From: Candidatus Micrarchaeota archaeon
GTDB taxonomy: Archaea; Micrarchaeota; Micrarchaeia; Micrarchaeales; CABMGC01
Assembly (NCBI GenBank): GCA_027366155.1
Contig: DAHXKV010000002.1
Span: forward strand, 1 to 35,129
DNA: 35,129 nucleotides
Direction: 5' to 3'
Under the pieces are notes generated by a model. That model did not search any database. It was not told the DNA's origin and saw nothing but the letters and a program-made list of their open reading frames with translations. A program made the position numbers and the translations under genes. Every line of letters starts with the position of its first letter. Within the stretch, counting starts at the first letter, position 1. Shown piece by piece: positions 26,517 through 35,129 of the stretch.

Positions 26517-26858
26517 ATGATGAACAAGACGATAATCGCGATAATAATCGTTCTGGCAGTAGCTGCAGTTGCGGCTATATTTGCATTTGGAATAAAACCT
26601 GCTTCACACCAGGTTCCTCCTGCCAATGCAAATAACACCGGGCAGGCAACCACCGTCCCGATAAATTCGGGCTCAACTAAAAATGCAACCCCAGCACAGC
26701 AGAACTACACTTCTCCGGCAAACCAGACATTTAATTCAACATTCAACTCAATATCCAACTCAACGCTTCCAAACCCGCGGTTTAACGGAACACCTGTGGA
26801 GCCTCCTGCACAGAATGCGAGCCTTCTCAGCAATGGAAAAATTCCTGCGCAGCCGTAA
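26517..26858 (+). CDS. Small membrane-anchored low-complexity (N/P/T-rich) protein
   Basis: GGTG SD-like element before the ATG; one TM helix; dense sequons. Confidence 0.75.
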   Translation: MMNKTIIAIIIVLAVAAVAAIFAFGIKPASHQVPPANANNTGQATTVPINSGSTKNATPAQQNYTSPANQTFNSTFNSISNSTLPNPRFNGTPVEPPAQNASLLSNGKIPAQP

Positions 26859-26982
26859 TTCTGCGCAACACACGCAGGTCTGTAGTCCTTCTCTTTCAGC
26901 TGCAGGCAACACGCCGCCAGATCCTGCAACATGCGGCAGATGGTAAAAGAAGAGATAAAAGGCTTGGCTACAATCTAATAGT

Positions 26983-28299
26983 ATGCTCATCTTCAGGATA
27001 AACTACTTCCTGCTCCCAACAGAGATATGGATAGTTGTCACCACTACAATAGTGATATGGATAACGCGCATATATCTAAATTCATTCCTCGCGCTAAGGA
27101 AGGGCAAAGTGAAAGAGCGCAAGCCTTCAACCGCCGTGCTCCACGGCTCGGAGCCCCTTGTAAGCATAATACTCCCCACGTACAACGAGTCCAGGGTGAT
27201 AGGCAGGCTCCTCTCGGCAGTCACCAAAATAGACTACAGGAACTTCGAGGTTATAGTCGCTGACGACTCTACCGATGGAAAGACAATGGAGGTCCTCGGC
27301 CAATGGCAGGAAAAAGGAATCAGGGTAATACACAGGGACTCGAGGAAGGGCTTCAAGGCAGGCGCGCTGAACAACGCAATGCTCCACATCTCACCCAAAT
27401 CCGAATACATCCTCATATTCGATGCCGACTACGTGCCCCAAAAGGAGATCATCTGGCAGATGCTTGGAGATTTCTCCTCAAAAGAGATAGCTGCGGTACA
27501 GGGCTACACCAAGCACACGCTCAACGCCTCCAAAAACATCTGGACGAAGGCTGTCTCGATAGGCTTCTCGGCATATTCGCTGGTAGACATACCAATACGC
27601 AAGAAGCTAAATGGCTTCATCCCTCTCTTCGGGAGCGTCACCATGGTCTCTCGGCAGGCACTTTCAGAGGTTAACGGCTTCTCCGAGGACTCTATAACAG
27701 AGGATTACGAGCTCGCCTGCAAGCTGGAGGCATGCGGCTACAGTATCATGTTCGATGAAGGCATAGCCGTACCTGCAGAGTGCCCTGACTCGTTCAGGGT
27801 ATTGCTAAAACAGCAGATGCGCTGGGCAGAGGGAATAACACGCGACACTAAGAACCACCTGCGCAGGCTGCTCTCCAGCAAAAAACTCAACCTGATGAAA
27901 AAATTTGACTATGTTTATTACGGATTCAGCTCTCTCAACGGAATAATAGGTACGGCGGCATACTCGCTGACCGCATTTGTCTTCATGGTCCAGCACCACC
28001 TGATACTGCATTCACTAGGGGTAGACAGCACATTCGTCACGGCTCTCGGCCCCTATGGCAACTTCCTGCTCAACGTTGCGCCAGGATATGTTGCGTTGGG
28101 CCTGATATCCATGGTAATTGTGGGTCTGTATCGCGAAGGCAGGCTGCACGATGTGCTCTGGGTTGCATACTTTTATCTTGTAACGCTCCTGCTGGCGCCG
28201 TTTATAGCGATAAGCGGTATACGCGGCCTCCTTCTGAAGAAGGGTTCCTGGTCGCGCACAAAGAAAACCGGGGAAGTCATTCGCGAAGTGCACCCTTAG
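26983..28299 (+). CDS. Processive GT2 glycosyltransferase (CesA/Csl-like)
   Basis: PTYNE, DDS, FKAGALN, DAD, TED and QQMRW motifs; C-terminal TM helices. Confidence 0.93.
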   Translation: MLIFRINYFLLPTEIWIVVTTTIVIWITRIYLNSFLALRKGKVKERKPSTAVLHGSEPLVSIILPTYNESRVIGRLLSAVTKIDYRNFEVIVADDSTDGKTMEVLGQWQEKGIRVIHRDSRKGFKAGALNNAMLHISPKSEYILIFDADYVPQKEIIWQMLGDFSSKEIAAVQGYTKHTLNASKNIWTKAVSIGFSAYSLVDIPIRKKLNGFIPLFGSVTMVSRQALSEVNGFSEDSITEDYELACKLEACGYSIMFDEGIAVPAECPDSFRVLLKQQMRWAEGITRDTKNHLRRLLSSKKLNLMKKFDYVYYGFSSLNGIIGTAAYSLTAFVFMVQHHLILHSLGVDSTFVTALGPYGNFLLNVAPGYVALGLISMVIVGLYREGRLHDVLWVAYFYLVTLLLAPFIAISGIRGLLLKKGSWSRTKKTGEVIREVHP

Positions 28300-29533
28300 C
28301 CGGATGTCTATTCTGTAAAACCTTCCTTCCAAGCATCGGATAAGCGCTTCTTAGAAGCGCGCCTGTCATCGTCTGATCTACTAAAAAACCAAGCCCGTGT
28401 ATCCTGAAATCCTCTTCGGATACCTTTGATATCCTATTCAGATCCCTAGCGCTTATGCCGAGTTCCGATTCAACAAGCCACCTGGTGGCGCTTCTTGCAA
28501 TCTCAGGGTTTTTGCGGGCGAATTCACTTATCTCCTTCAATTCCCACGGCAGTATGCGGTGCTCCGGAAACGCATCGTTCAGTGCAAGGAAAACGTTCCC
28601 TCCATAATATTCTGAAAACATATCCGCCAAGCACCCTCTGGACAGGTCACTGCTTGATATCCCGAGGACTGACCTCCTATCCGAGACGTCAACCCCGGAG
28701 ACCTCCGCTGCCCATCTTATTGCGCGTCCCCTCTTCTCCTTGGGCTCGAAGAATTCACTGCTTAGGTGCTTCATCTCCCATTCCATTATCTTATATTCGG
28801 GATAGGAAGCATTGACTGCTTCATAAACATTACCACCAAAAAACCGGTATAGCAGTATCCTGTGCCAGCGCCTGAAATGCCTCTCATGCACTGAGAGCAG
28901 TCCTTCTCTTTTCTGCTTCTCTCCGAGTACATATTTGGCCAGCATAAGCCTTATTTCTTTCACAGCATTTTTCCTTTCTTCCAGCACATCCGGCTGGGCA
29001 AGATATTCCTTGACTGTTTCTGGGCTTGCGCTTTCAGTGTCCAAACTCCTTCCTGCGCCTTCTGCATCTGTATTTTCTGCTCCTGCGCTCTTGCTGCCCC
29101 GCAGCGCTGCGTGCATCCTAGCATAATACTCTGCGCTGGCCGGAACAGATTTTCCTCCCTGCGCGGTTGCCATCCTTGAAAACAGCCTGACCATGCTCTT
29201 AGCCGTCTCCATTGGGGACTTCCTTGATTCGCCTTTTATGTTTGTGTGCGCGCCAAAACCCACTGCGAGCTCTAGCATTCCTATCAGCTGCTCTGTCTGC
29301 GGCAGTGTAATCAGGAAGTTTACAAGCTGGAGGTTCTCGTTTTCCCCAAATTTACCATACTTCGCAAGCCATCTATCCTTGCTGAGAATATCTGCAAAGG
29401 CTGCCACATCTTTCCTTCTGGCAGCTTCCTCCACAAGCGCTGCAACAGGGTTCCTGCCTCTAATCCCCTGCCCTGCATTTGCATTTTCGGCTACAATGCC
29501 ACCCATACGATCAAAATTCAATATATCTGCCAT
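28277..29533 (-). CDS. Hypothetical protein: degenerate ankyrin-like N-terminus plus DUF4046-like repeats
   Basis: LELAVGFGAHTNIKGESRKSPMETA; repeats FFGGNVYEAVNASYPEYKIMEWEMK...AIRW and YYGGNVFLALNDAFPEHRILPWELK...ATRW. Confidence 0.7.
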   Translation of the reverse strand: MADILNFDRMGGIVAENANAGQGIRGRNPVAALVEEAARRKDVAAFADILSKDRWLAKYGKFGENENLQLVNFLITLPQTEQLIGMLELAVGFGAHTNIKGESRKSPMETAKSMVRLFSRMATAQGGKSVPASAEYYARMHAALRGSKSAGAENTDAEGAGRSLDTESASPETVKEYLAQPDVLEERKNAVKEIRLMLAKYVLGEKQKREGLLSVHERHFRRWHRILLYRFFGGNVYEAVNASYPEYKIMEWEMKHLSSEFFEPKEKRGRAIRWAAEVSGVDVSDRRSVLGISSSDLSRGCLADMFSEYYGGNVFLALNDAFPEHRILPWELKEISEFARKNPEIARSATRWLVESELGISARDLNRISKVSEEDFRIHGLGFLVDQTMTGALLRSAYPMLGRKVLQNRHPAKGALRE

Positions 29534-29711
29534 GGTATTTAGACATTGGGCTTTTAGGGCATCTACTTAAAAATACAACTGCAATCCCCGGCCTGCAACG
29601 GATTTGTTGAATATGTGTCTTTTTGAGCTATCTTATCTAACAGACTCGCCTGCAACAAAACTCCTAAATATGAGCAATACAAAACAATCCTATTGTAATG
29701 ATGGTCATTGC

Positions 29712-30560
29712 ATGAAGCTAACCACAATATCTACATGGTCGAGTATTCGGGCTTCAGGAAGCGTAAGCAATCCAGAGCCAAAAGACATAGTAAGAATGAT
29801 AGCCACTGGCGACACAGACTCGCTCAGGTCTCTCGGCCCAGAAATGCTTGGGCACAATTATTCTAAATTTGGTTACGGGAATTCCCTGCTAAAGGTTATA
29901 ATCAGGATATCGCCCCCAGGGTCCATGAATGAAGCTTTGCAGATAGCACTAAAGGCAGGCGCAGAACCTTCCACCGAAGAGATAGTCGCGCTCAATAAGA
30001 AGATTGCATACTTTAGGTCCAAGCGAATTGTGCACACTGCCAAAAACATAGACAGAGAAGGCAATCTGGCAGACAGCGTGCTGGCGCTTAAGCGCGCGAT
30101 GGCAAGCAAACAGTCTGCGGATGCCATCGCCGCAGGAAGCCAGATGCCTGCAACACACACCGAAACGGCCAGAGGAAGCTATGAATCGGCCTCAGGCCTG
30201 CGTATATCCGCAATAAGAAGGGCACTTGACAATGCTGATGTCCAGGGACTATCCCGGGCGCTCTCCACACTCTCCAAGTCAACCGGCACCACAGGCCCAC
30301 TTTCTGCGGATTATGGCGACGGGATGCAAAAAGCCTCCCTGCTAAGCAGGATAGTCGACCTGCACTTCAGAAATGGGCTTGATCCAAGTCCGACAATCAA
30401 ACTTGTTGAGCTGGCGCTGAGCCGTGGAGCAGTTCCTGACTACGACCTCCTCCGCAGAGTGGCTGCAATGAATAACGCCGCGGTCAATTTCAAAGAAGGG
30501 GATCCGGCAAAGATTTTCCCTGAAACCCTTTTCACGGTTCTCCTTCCGATGCGCAAATAA
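29712..30560 (+). CDS. Hypothetical protein with two degenerate ankyrin-like modules
   Basis: IATGDTDSL...LQIALKAGAEPS and ALDNADVQGL...VELALSRGAVPD. Start uncertain. Confidence 0.6.
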   Translation: MKLTTISTWSSIRASGSVSNPEPKDIVRMIATGDTDSLRSLGPEMLGHNYSKFGYGNSLLKVIIRISPPGSMNEALQIALKAGAEPSTEEIVALNKKIAYFRSKRIVHTAKNIDREGNLADSVLALKRAMASKQSADAIAAGSQMPATHTETARGSYESASGLRISAIRRALDNADVQGLSRALSTLSKSTGTTGPLSADYGDGMQKASLLSRIVDLHFRNGLDPSPTIKLVELALSRGAVPDYDLLRRVAAMNNAAVNFKEGDPAKIFPETLFTVLLPMRK

Positions 30561-30613
30561 TGCCATTTAATATATCTGAACAGGCGCAATATAAGAATTG
30601 AAAGAGTGTTGTA

Positions 30614-31141
30614 ATGCAAACCACAAGAACCAGATCTCCTGAAATGCAGCATGTACCATCGGCTACGGGTTCATTAACCTCAGGCAACCAGTTGACTTCC
30701 AGAAAGCTTCCTTCCTTCATGCTTGTAGGCATGGCTGTTGCAGGGCTTTCACTCAACGGATGCGCACAAAATCTCGGAAACACGACCAAGGTAGATATAG
30801 GCCGGAAAACGATGTACGTGCGTGTACAGAATCCCAGCTACGGGGGCATGAGCTCTTTAAACTTCCACCGGTTTCATTACGAGGTAACTGCAAAACGATT
30901 TGGCTCAACCTGTATCACATACGCCGCTGATTTGGATGCAACTTTCCCCCCAAACCTCGGAGGCAGGGTGCCGTTTGCAATGCCTGAATTCTACTACCCG
31001 AAGGAACTGCGCCGTGCGATAATTGACAATACCGACCAGACAATCGGGATAATCAGCAGGGCATGCAACCTCGGCCAAATATCAGCGCATGTCAAGATTA
31101 CCGGATATCCTGCTGAGCTAATAGGCTTCAAGAGGAACTAG
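30614..31141 (+). CDS. Hypothetical putative lipoprotein
   Basis: Hydrophobic stretch followed by lipobox-like LSLNGC; TTTAATAT box upstream. Confidence 0.6.
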   Translation: MQTTRTRSPEMQHVPSATGSLTSGNQLTSRKLPSFMLVGMAVAGLSLNGCAQNLGNTTKVDIGRKTMYVRVQNPSYGGMSSLNFHRFHYEVTAKRFGSTCITYAADLDATFPPNLGGRVPFAMPEFYYPKELRRAIIDNTDQTIGIISRACNLGQISAHVKITGYPAELIGFKRN

Positions 31142-31395
31142 TATCCTCAAGCGTCGCCATGCGGTCTCTGGCCTTGCCTCTGTACTGCCATACGCAAGCC
31201 ATACGTTTTAAGGCGCAATGCCTTTTTACTGCTTTTCCGAAAGCGGAGCCAGGGTTTCATGGAAACCGGAAAGCTTTATTAATCTTTCTAACCACTACCG
31301 CAAAGGTTTAAATACCTTGCACGAACAACCTTCTTGTTTGTGTGGTTCTGCATGGTTGGAGGCCTTGCAGTGTAGCCCGCAAGCAATGTGATATA

Positions 31396-32427
31396 ATGGG
31401 AAATAGGTCCTACGTTATAGTGTTACTTGGTATGTTGCTGGCACTGATGCCTGTCCTGAACGCAGCAGGAGCGATCGCTCCCTCTGGAATACTCAAGTAC
31501 GTTCCAATCACCATATCCAATGCGCAGTCCTCAGCCACGCCTCTGAACTTCCAGCAGATGGTTACTGTTGACAGCGCAACATACTCGTCGTACGAAGCTT
31601 CAAACCTCCAGAACATTGAGTTCTTCTACGCAAACGGCATTATAATAAACTCATGGCTCGAGAGCGGCAACTCTAACGCCGCCTCAAGTACCTTATATTG
31701 GCTGAACATAGGCCCGCAGATACCTGCCTCAGGCAGCCTTACAGTATACATGGGCTTCGCCTCTCAGTCAACAAACCTCTTCAACACTGCAACCACCGGC
31801 GAGGCCCCGCAGCTCTCGCCCAGCTACGCCGAGTACGACAACGGCGCAGGCGTATTCAATTTCTACGATGACTTTGCAGGGACGACCCTAAGCTCCAAAT
31901 GGACGCCGTCTTCCCAATTATCCTATTATGTGGACAACGGAATAACGGTAAACGGGCAATCCACTACCTTCCCGTCGGGAATAACTACAAATACCCTAAC
32001 AAACCCCTACACATTCAATGCACCTGGCATAGTTGAGTTCTATGGATATGTAGGAATAGACACATATGGGGAGTCGGAAGGTTTTGCAGGGTCACCAACA
32101 GCCTCTATCTTTACATACGAATATGGTGGCGATCAGTGGTATGCCTGCAACACTTCCACCTGTGCGGGCTTCGGCTCTTTTGGAAATGGGGAAGGCTTAT
32201 ACGGGGCTGAAGTAGAAAGCAATGGCAATGTCTTTTATTACGAGAACTACAACACATACACAGCTACCGAGACCTCATACAACGCCGCGCTATCTCCATT
32301 ATGGTTAACGATCGTCGGAGGCGCCGGCAATGGTGGCAACAATGCCGGACCAGTATACTATATGCGCGAGCGTGCATACCCGCCCAACGGCGTCATGCCT
32401 TCGGTCTCATTCGGATCAATCCAATGA
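31396..32427 (+). CDS. Secreted single-module DUF2341-like surface protein
   Basis: Signal peptide; YVPITISNAQS...FQQMVTVDS...; ends RAYPPNGVMPSVSFG. Confidence 0.88.
   Translation: MGNRSYVIVLLGMLLALMPVLNAAGAIAPSGILKYVPITISNAQSSATPLNFQQMVTVDSATYSSYEASNLQNIEFFYANGIIINSWLESGNSNAASSTLYWLNIGPQIPASGSLTVYMGFASQSTNLFNTATTGEAPQLSPSYAEYDNGAGVFNFYDDFAGTTLSSKWTPSSQLSYYVDNGITVNGQSTTFPSGITTNTLTNPYTFNAPGIVEFYGYVGIDTYGESEGFAGSPTASIFTYEYGGDQWYACNTSTCAGFGSFGNGEGLYGAEVESNGNVFYYENYNTYTATETSYNAALSPLWLTIVGGAGNGGNNAGPVYYMRERAYPPNGVMPSVSFGSIQ
31549..31857 (+). repeat. Copy C of constant block; left arm of a 309 bp inverted repeat
   Basis: About 13 mismatches in 309 (hand count) and no gaps against the reverse complement of 34230-34538. 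Confidence 0.95.
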
Positions 32428-32455
32428 ATATCAGGGACACCTTCCCTCAGGCGCG

Positions 32456-33484
32456 TCATTTGTACATTCCCGCAATCCCTCCGAAGGACTCCAGCTGCTT
32501 TCCGGCTTCATCTTCAGAATTGAATATCTCTATCGCTACTCCGTGCCTGTCCGCATCATTCAGAATTTTTTTTATTTCCTCTGTGTTGAGTTTCGAGTCG
32601 TTTACGAGAATCATCTCTATCTTGTAATCGTTCAGATGCTCGCGTATCTTCTCGACGCCGAGGAGCGCTGACCCACTGCGCATGCCCCTGAAAAGTGCAT
32701 CAAGGAGCTCGAACTCCCTTCTGACGTGCTCTGTTTCAAGCATCTTCGAGACTTCATGGCTGCGCACAGCTTCTCTTATGCCCGACCGCTCCGCATCGCC
32801 CACTGGCACATAGACAAGCCTCTTCCCTGTCTCAATCCCTTTGTATTCTACGTATTTCCTTATATCATCCTTGGTGAACCCCGGCCCTGCAATTATGACG
32901 AGTTCGACGTCCATCCTCTTCACTGAATCTATGATGTCTTTGAAATACTTCTCGCGCTGCGCTTCGAAATCCTTCTCCTTCATCCTTTTGCTCAGGTGTG
33001 AAAACAGCTCTCCGGAGAGGTCTATTCCATATCCCCGTATGTATGCCAAGGTTGCCTTTTCGTCATCCACTGCGATGACTCCCAGCCTCGGCCGTTTGGA
33101 ATCAAGAACTGCCTGTCTTATCCTCCTTATTATGAAATCTCCCCAGCCCTCTGGCTTCTCTATCTCAATCTCGTCCAAAGGCCCGACAGTGAGGGTGTGG
33201 TAGCTGTTTACCTGTATATATTCCTCAGGATGGCCCGAGACTATCTTCCCTATTATGCGTAGCCTTCCTGCCCCTCTGTCAAGTTCAGTTTTTTCAACAA
33301 CCAGCCTTACGAACACCTCCTTCTGCTCGCCTTTGTCTGTCTCGCTGGCCTTGAACCTGCGGTAGCTCTTGGAGGAGACATAATTGTCTTTAGATACCAC
33401 CATTGCAAGAAGGTAAAGATCCTCGAATGACTCAGGGACTAGCTTTACTGTGTTTGTTGAATCATAAAACTTTACTGACTTCAT
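32456..33484 (-). CDS. pelA: Pelota (Dom34) ribosome rescue factor
   Basis: LVPESFEDLYLL, RLRIIGKI, YHTL, IIAGPGFTK, AGKQLESFGGIAG. Confidence 0.95.
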   Translation of the reverse strand: MKSVKFYDSTNTVKLVPESFEDLYLLAMVVSKDNYVSSKSYRRFKASETDKGEQKEVFVRLVVEKTELDRGAGRLRIIGKIVSGHPEEYIQVNSYHTLTVGPLDEIEIEKPEGWGDFIIRRIRQAVLDSKRPRLGVIAVDDEKATLAYIRGYGIDLSGELFSHLSKRMKEKDFEAQREKYFKDIIDSVKRMDVELVIIAGPGFTKDDIRKYVEYKGIETGKRLVYVPVGDAERSGIREAVRSHEVSKMLETEHVRREFELLDALFRGMRSGSALLGVEKIREHLNDYKIEMILVNDSKLNTEEIKKILNDADRHGVAIEIFNSEDEAGKQLESFGGIAGMYK

Positions 33485-33617
33485 GGCACTCACGCGCTGA
33501 AACTGATGCGTTATGGGGATATTTAAGGGATTGCCATTTAGCCTTTTTATCTGGCGTTCGGTGGCTTGAACGGCCAGATGGCGCGGCTATCCTCCGTGAA
33601 AGTATTATACTATAAAC

Positions 33618-35129
33618 TTATCCTATGGCTCCAAACGTGACAGAGGGCATTACGCCATTGGGAGGGTAGGCACGGGTGCGGAGCCATTGAAGATTTGCCG
33701 GATACGGATATGTATATGCCTCAGCATAAGCCCCTGATTCAAATATTGCAGGGTAAAGCGGAAGCGATACGGAAGGCGAGGTGAGAGTGCTCCCCAGCTT
33801 TGCATAGTTTGAATAGTAAGCAGAGCTTGAGGCAGAGATGAATGCCACCGACCATATCTGGTTTGCATTTTGGGCTTGGGTGTCGCCGGTGATGCTGTAT
33901 GCAGTACTCTCTGTCTGCGTGCCTTGGAAGTACCCTCCTGGATAAAAACCAGAGCTACTAAACCCTGTGGACAGTGTCATGCCCTGGTAACCGGCTTGAT
34001 TAACTACCGGAACGGTCATCACTCCTATCCCTGTCCAATATATTGATGACGTTTCGTAGAGATTGCCGTAGCCTTCAATCACATTTCCAGGCTGCAAGGC
34101 TGTGCCATACGAGATGTACCCACTGGCTGCCGTTTTTGTAGCGGTAATTCCGTTGTTCACTGTATATGTTATGCCTGTGTTTGTCCATCCGCTCGGCAGG
34201 CTTGCCCCTGCAAAGTTCCAGTAGTTGCTGAATACGTCTGCGCCGTTGTCGTATTCGGCGTAGCTGGGAGAGAGCTGCGGGGCTTCGCCGGTGGTTGCAG
34301 TGTTGAAGAGGTTTGTTGACTGAGAGGCGAAGCCCATGTATACTGTGAGGCTGCTTGAGGCAGGAATCTGCGGGCCTATGTTCAGCCAGTATAAGGTACT
34401 CGAGGCGGCGTTAGAGTTGCCGCTCTCGAGCCATGAGTTTATTATGATGCCATTTGCGTAGAAGAACTCAATGTTCTGGAGGTTTGAAGCTTCGTACGAC
34501 GAGTATGTTGCACTGTCAACAGTGACCATCTGCTGGAAGTCTGAAGGCGTGTTTGAGGACTGGGAGTTCGTGATTGTTATCGGAACGTATGCGGCGATTC
34601 CGGATGGTGTGTTGATGCTGACCTGAATTATGCTGTTTGAGGTGGTTGTAATCAGCGCTGGCGTTTCCGAGTCTATGACGTTTGCATAGAAAGTGTAATT
34701 GCCAAGGGCAGTCTGTTGGTTAGTGTTTAGGAGATAGTTTGAGGAGGAGGCGCCGGATATCTGGGAGAAGGAGTTAGCGCCGGGCGCCTCCTCGTACCAC
34801 TGGTAGGTGTAGGGCGGCAGACCGCCGGTGCTTCCGAGGTAGATTTCCTGCGTCTGGCCCGATTTTATGGAGGAGAATACGGGAAAGATGTTCGAATTGA
34901 GTGGGACGGGCTTGAATGTAACGGTTTCTGAGGAAGTGCATGAGCCGAAAACCGCAATTATGTTTGCGGATCCCGGAGTATTTGAAGAAGCCGAAGAGAG
35001 GGAATTGCCTGCATAGTTTGAATTGGAGTAGAGGCTCTGGAATTCCACATGTGGATCGTTTGAGGAGAACGCGACAGTGGCGCCCGCGATACTCGTCCCG
35101 AGGATGGATACCTGCGCGGCCAGCGGGTC
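33618..35129 (-). CDS. Large surface protein, 5'-truncated: Ig/PKD-like domain plus C-terminal DUF2341-like module
   Basis: Frame is open to the window edge. GGLPPYTYQWY...GNYTFYANVIDS is Ig-like; then YVPITITNSQS...FQQMVTVDS...RAYPPNGVMPSVTFG. Confidence 0.87.
   Translation of the reverse strand, partial: DPLAAQVSILGTSIAGATVAFSSNDPHVEFQSLYSNSNYAGNSLSSASSNTPGSANIIAVFGSCTSSETVTFKPVPLNSNIFPVFSSIKSGQTQEIYLGSTGGLPPYTYQWYEEAPGANSFSQISGASSSNYLLNTNQQTALGNYTFYANVIDSETPALITTTSNSIIQVSINTPSGIAAYVPITITNSQSSNTPSDFQQMVTVDSATYSSYEASNLQNIEFFYANGIIINSWLESGNSNAASSTLYWLNIGPQIPASSSLTVYMGFASQSTNLFNTATTGEAPQLSPSYAEYDNGADVFSNYWNFAGASLPSGWTNTGITYTVNNGITATKTAASGYISYGTALQPGNVIEGYGNLYETSSIYWTGIGVMTVPVVNQAGYQGMTLSTGFSSSGFYPGGYFQGTQTESTAYSITGDTQAQNANQIWSVAFISASSSAYYSNYAKLGSTLTSPSVSLPLYPAIFESGAYAEAYTYPYPANLQWLRTRAYPPNGVMPSVTFGAIG
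34230..34538 (-). repeat. Copy D of constant block; right arm of the inverted repeat
   Basis: Reverse complement matches 31549-31857 and 911-1164. Confidence 0.95.

Noticed and set aside
31253-31267. ORB/mini-ORB replication origin box (GGTTTCATGGAAACC)
   Set aside because: One base shorter than TTCCAGTGGAAAC spacing, single copy, no G-string and no cdc6/orc1 in the window.
911-34538. Diversity-generating retroelement TR/VR explanation for the near-identical blocks
   Set aside because: Mismatches include many non-adenine changes (C/T, G/C) in every pairing and are largely synonymous between copies C and D. All copies are coding, and no reverse transcriptase is in the window.

Overview
Archaeal chromosomal window, most consistent with a DPANN archaeon of Micrarchaeota type. 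This is an inference from the HMf-type histone, pelota, Sua5, class I HMG-CoA reductase, presenilin-type protease, TTTAAATA-type TATA boxes close to start codons, and multiple DUF2341-like surface proteins. Housekeeping genes (speB, korAB, hmgA, prmC-like, nfo, sua5, pelA) are interleaved with orphan and surface-protein genes. Main highlights: (1) Three surface-protein genes share a gap-free 254-309 bp block at about 94-96% nucleotide identity (hand count), each followed by a highly divergent module; a fourth partial module sits at the left edge. Two copies are inverted repeats around pelota, so recombination would swap variable C-termini in frame, a candidate shufflon- or gene-conversion-type surface variation system. 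(2) An apparently intact GGDEF diguanylate cyclase in an archaeon. (3) A compact ~235 nt RNase P RNA with type-M-like architecture, not shown in the ORF track. (4) A HerA-like ATPase fused to a PD-(D/E)xK-like domain, divergent from a double-HTH regulator. (5) A VirB2-pilin-like/jelly-roll fusion protein. (6) Two periodic operator-like repeat arrays. No CRISPR array, tRNA, rRNA, transposase, integrase or reverse transcriptase was recognised.
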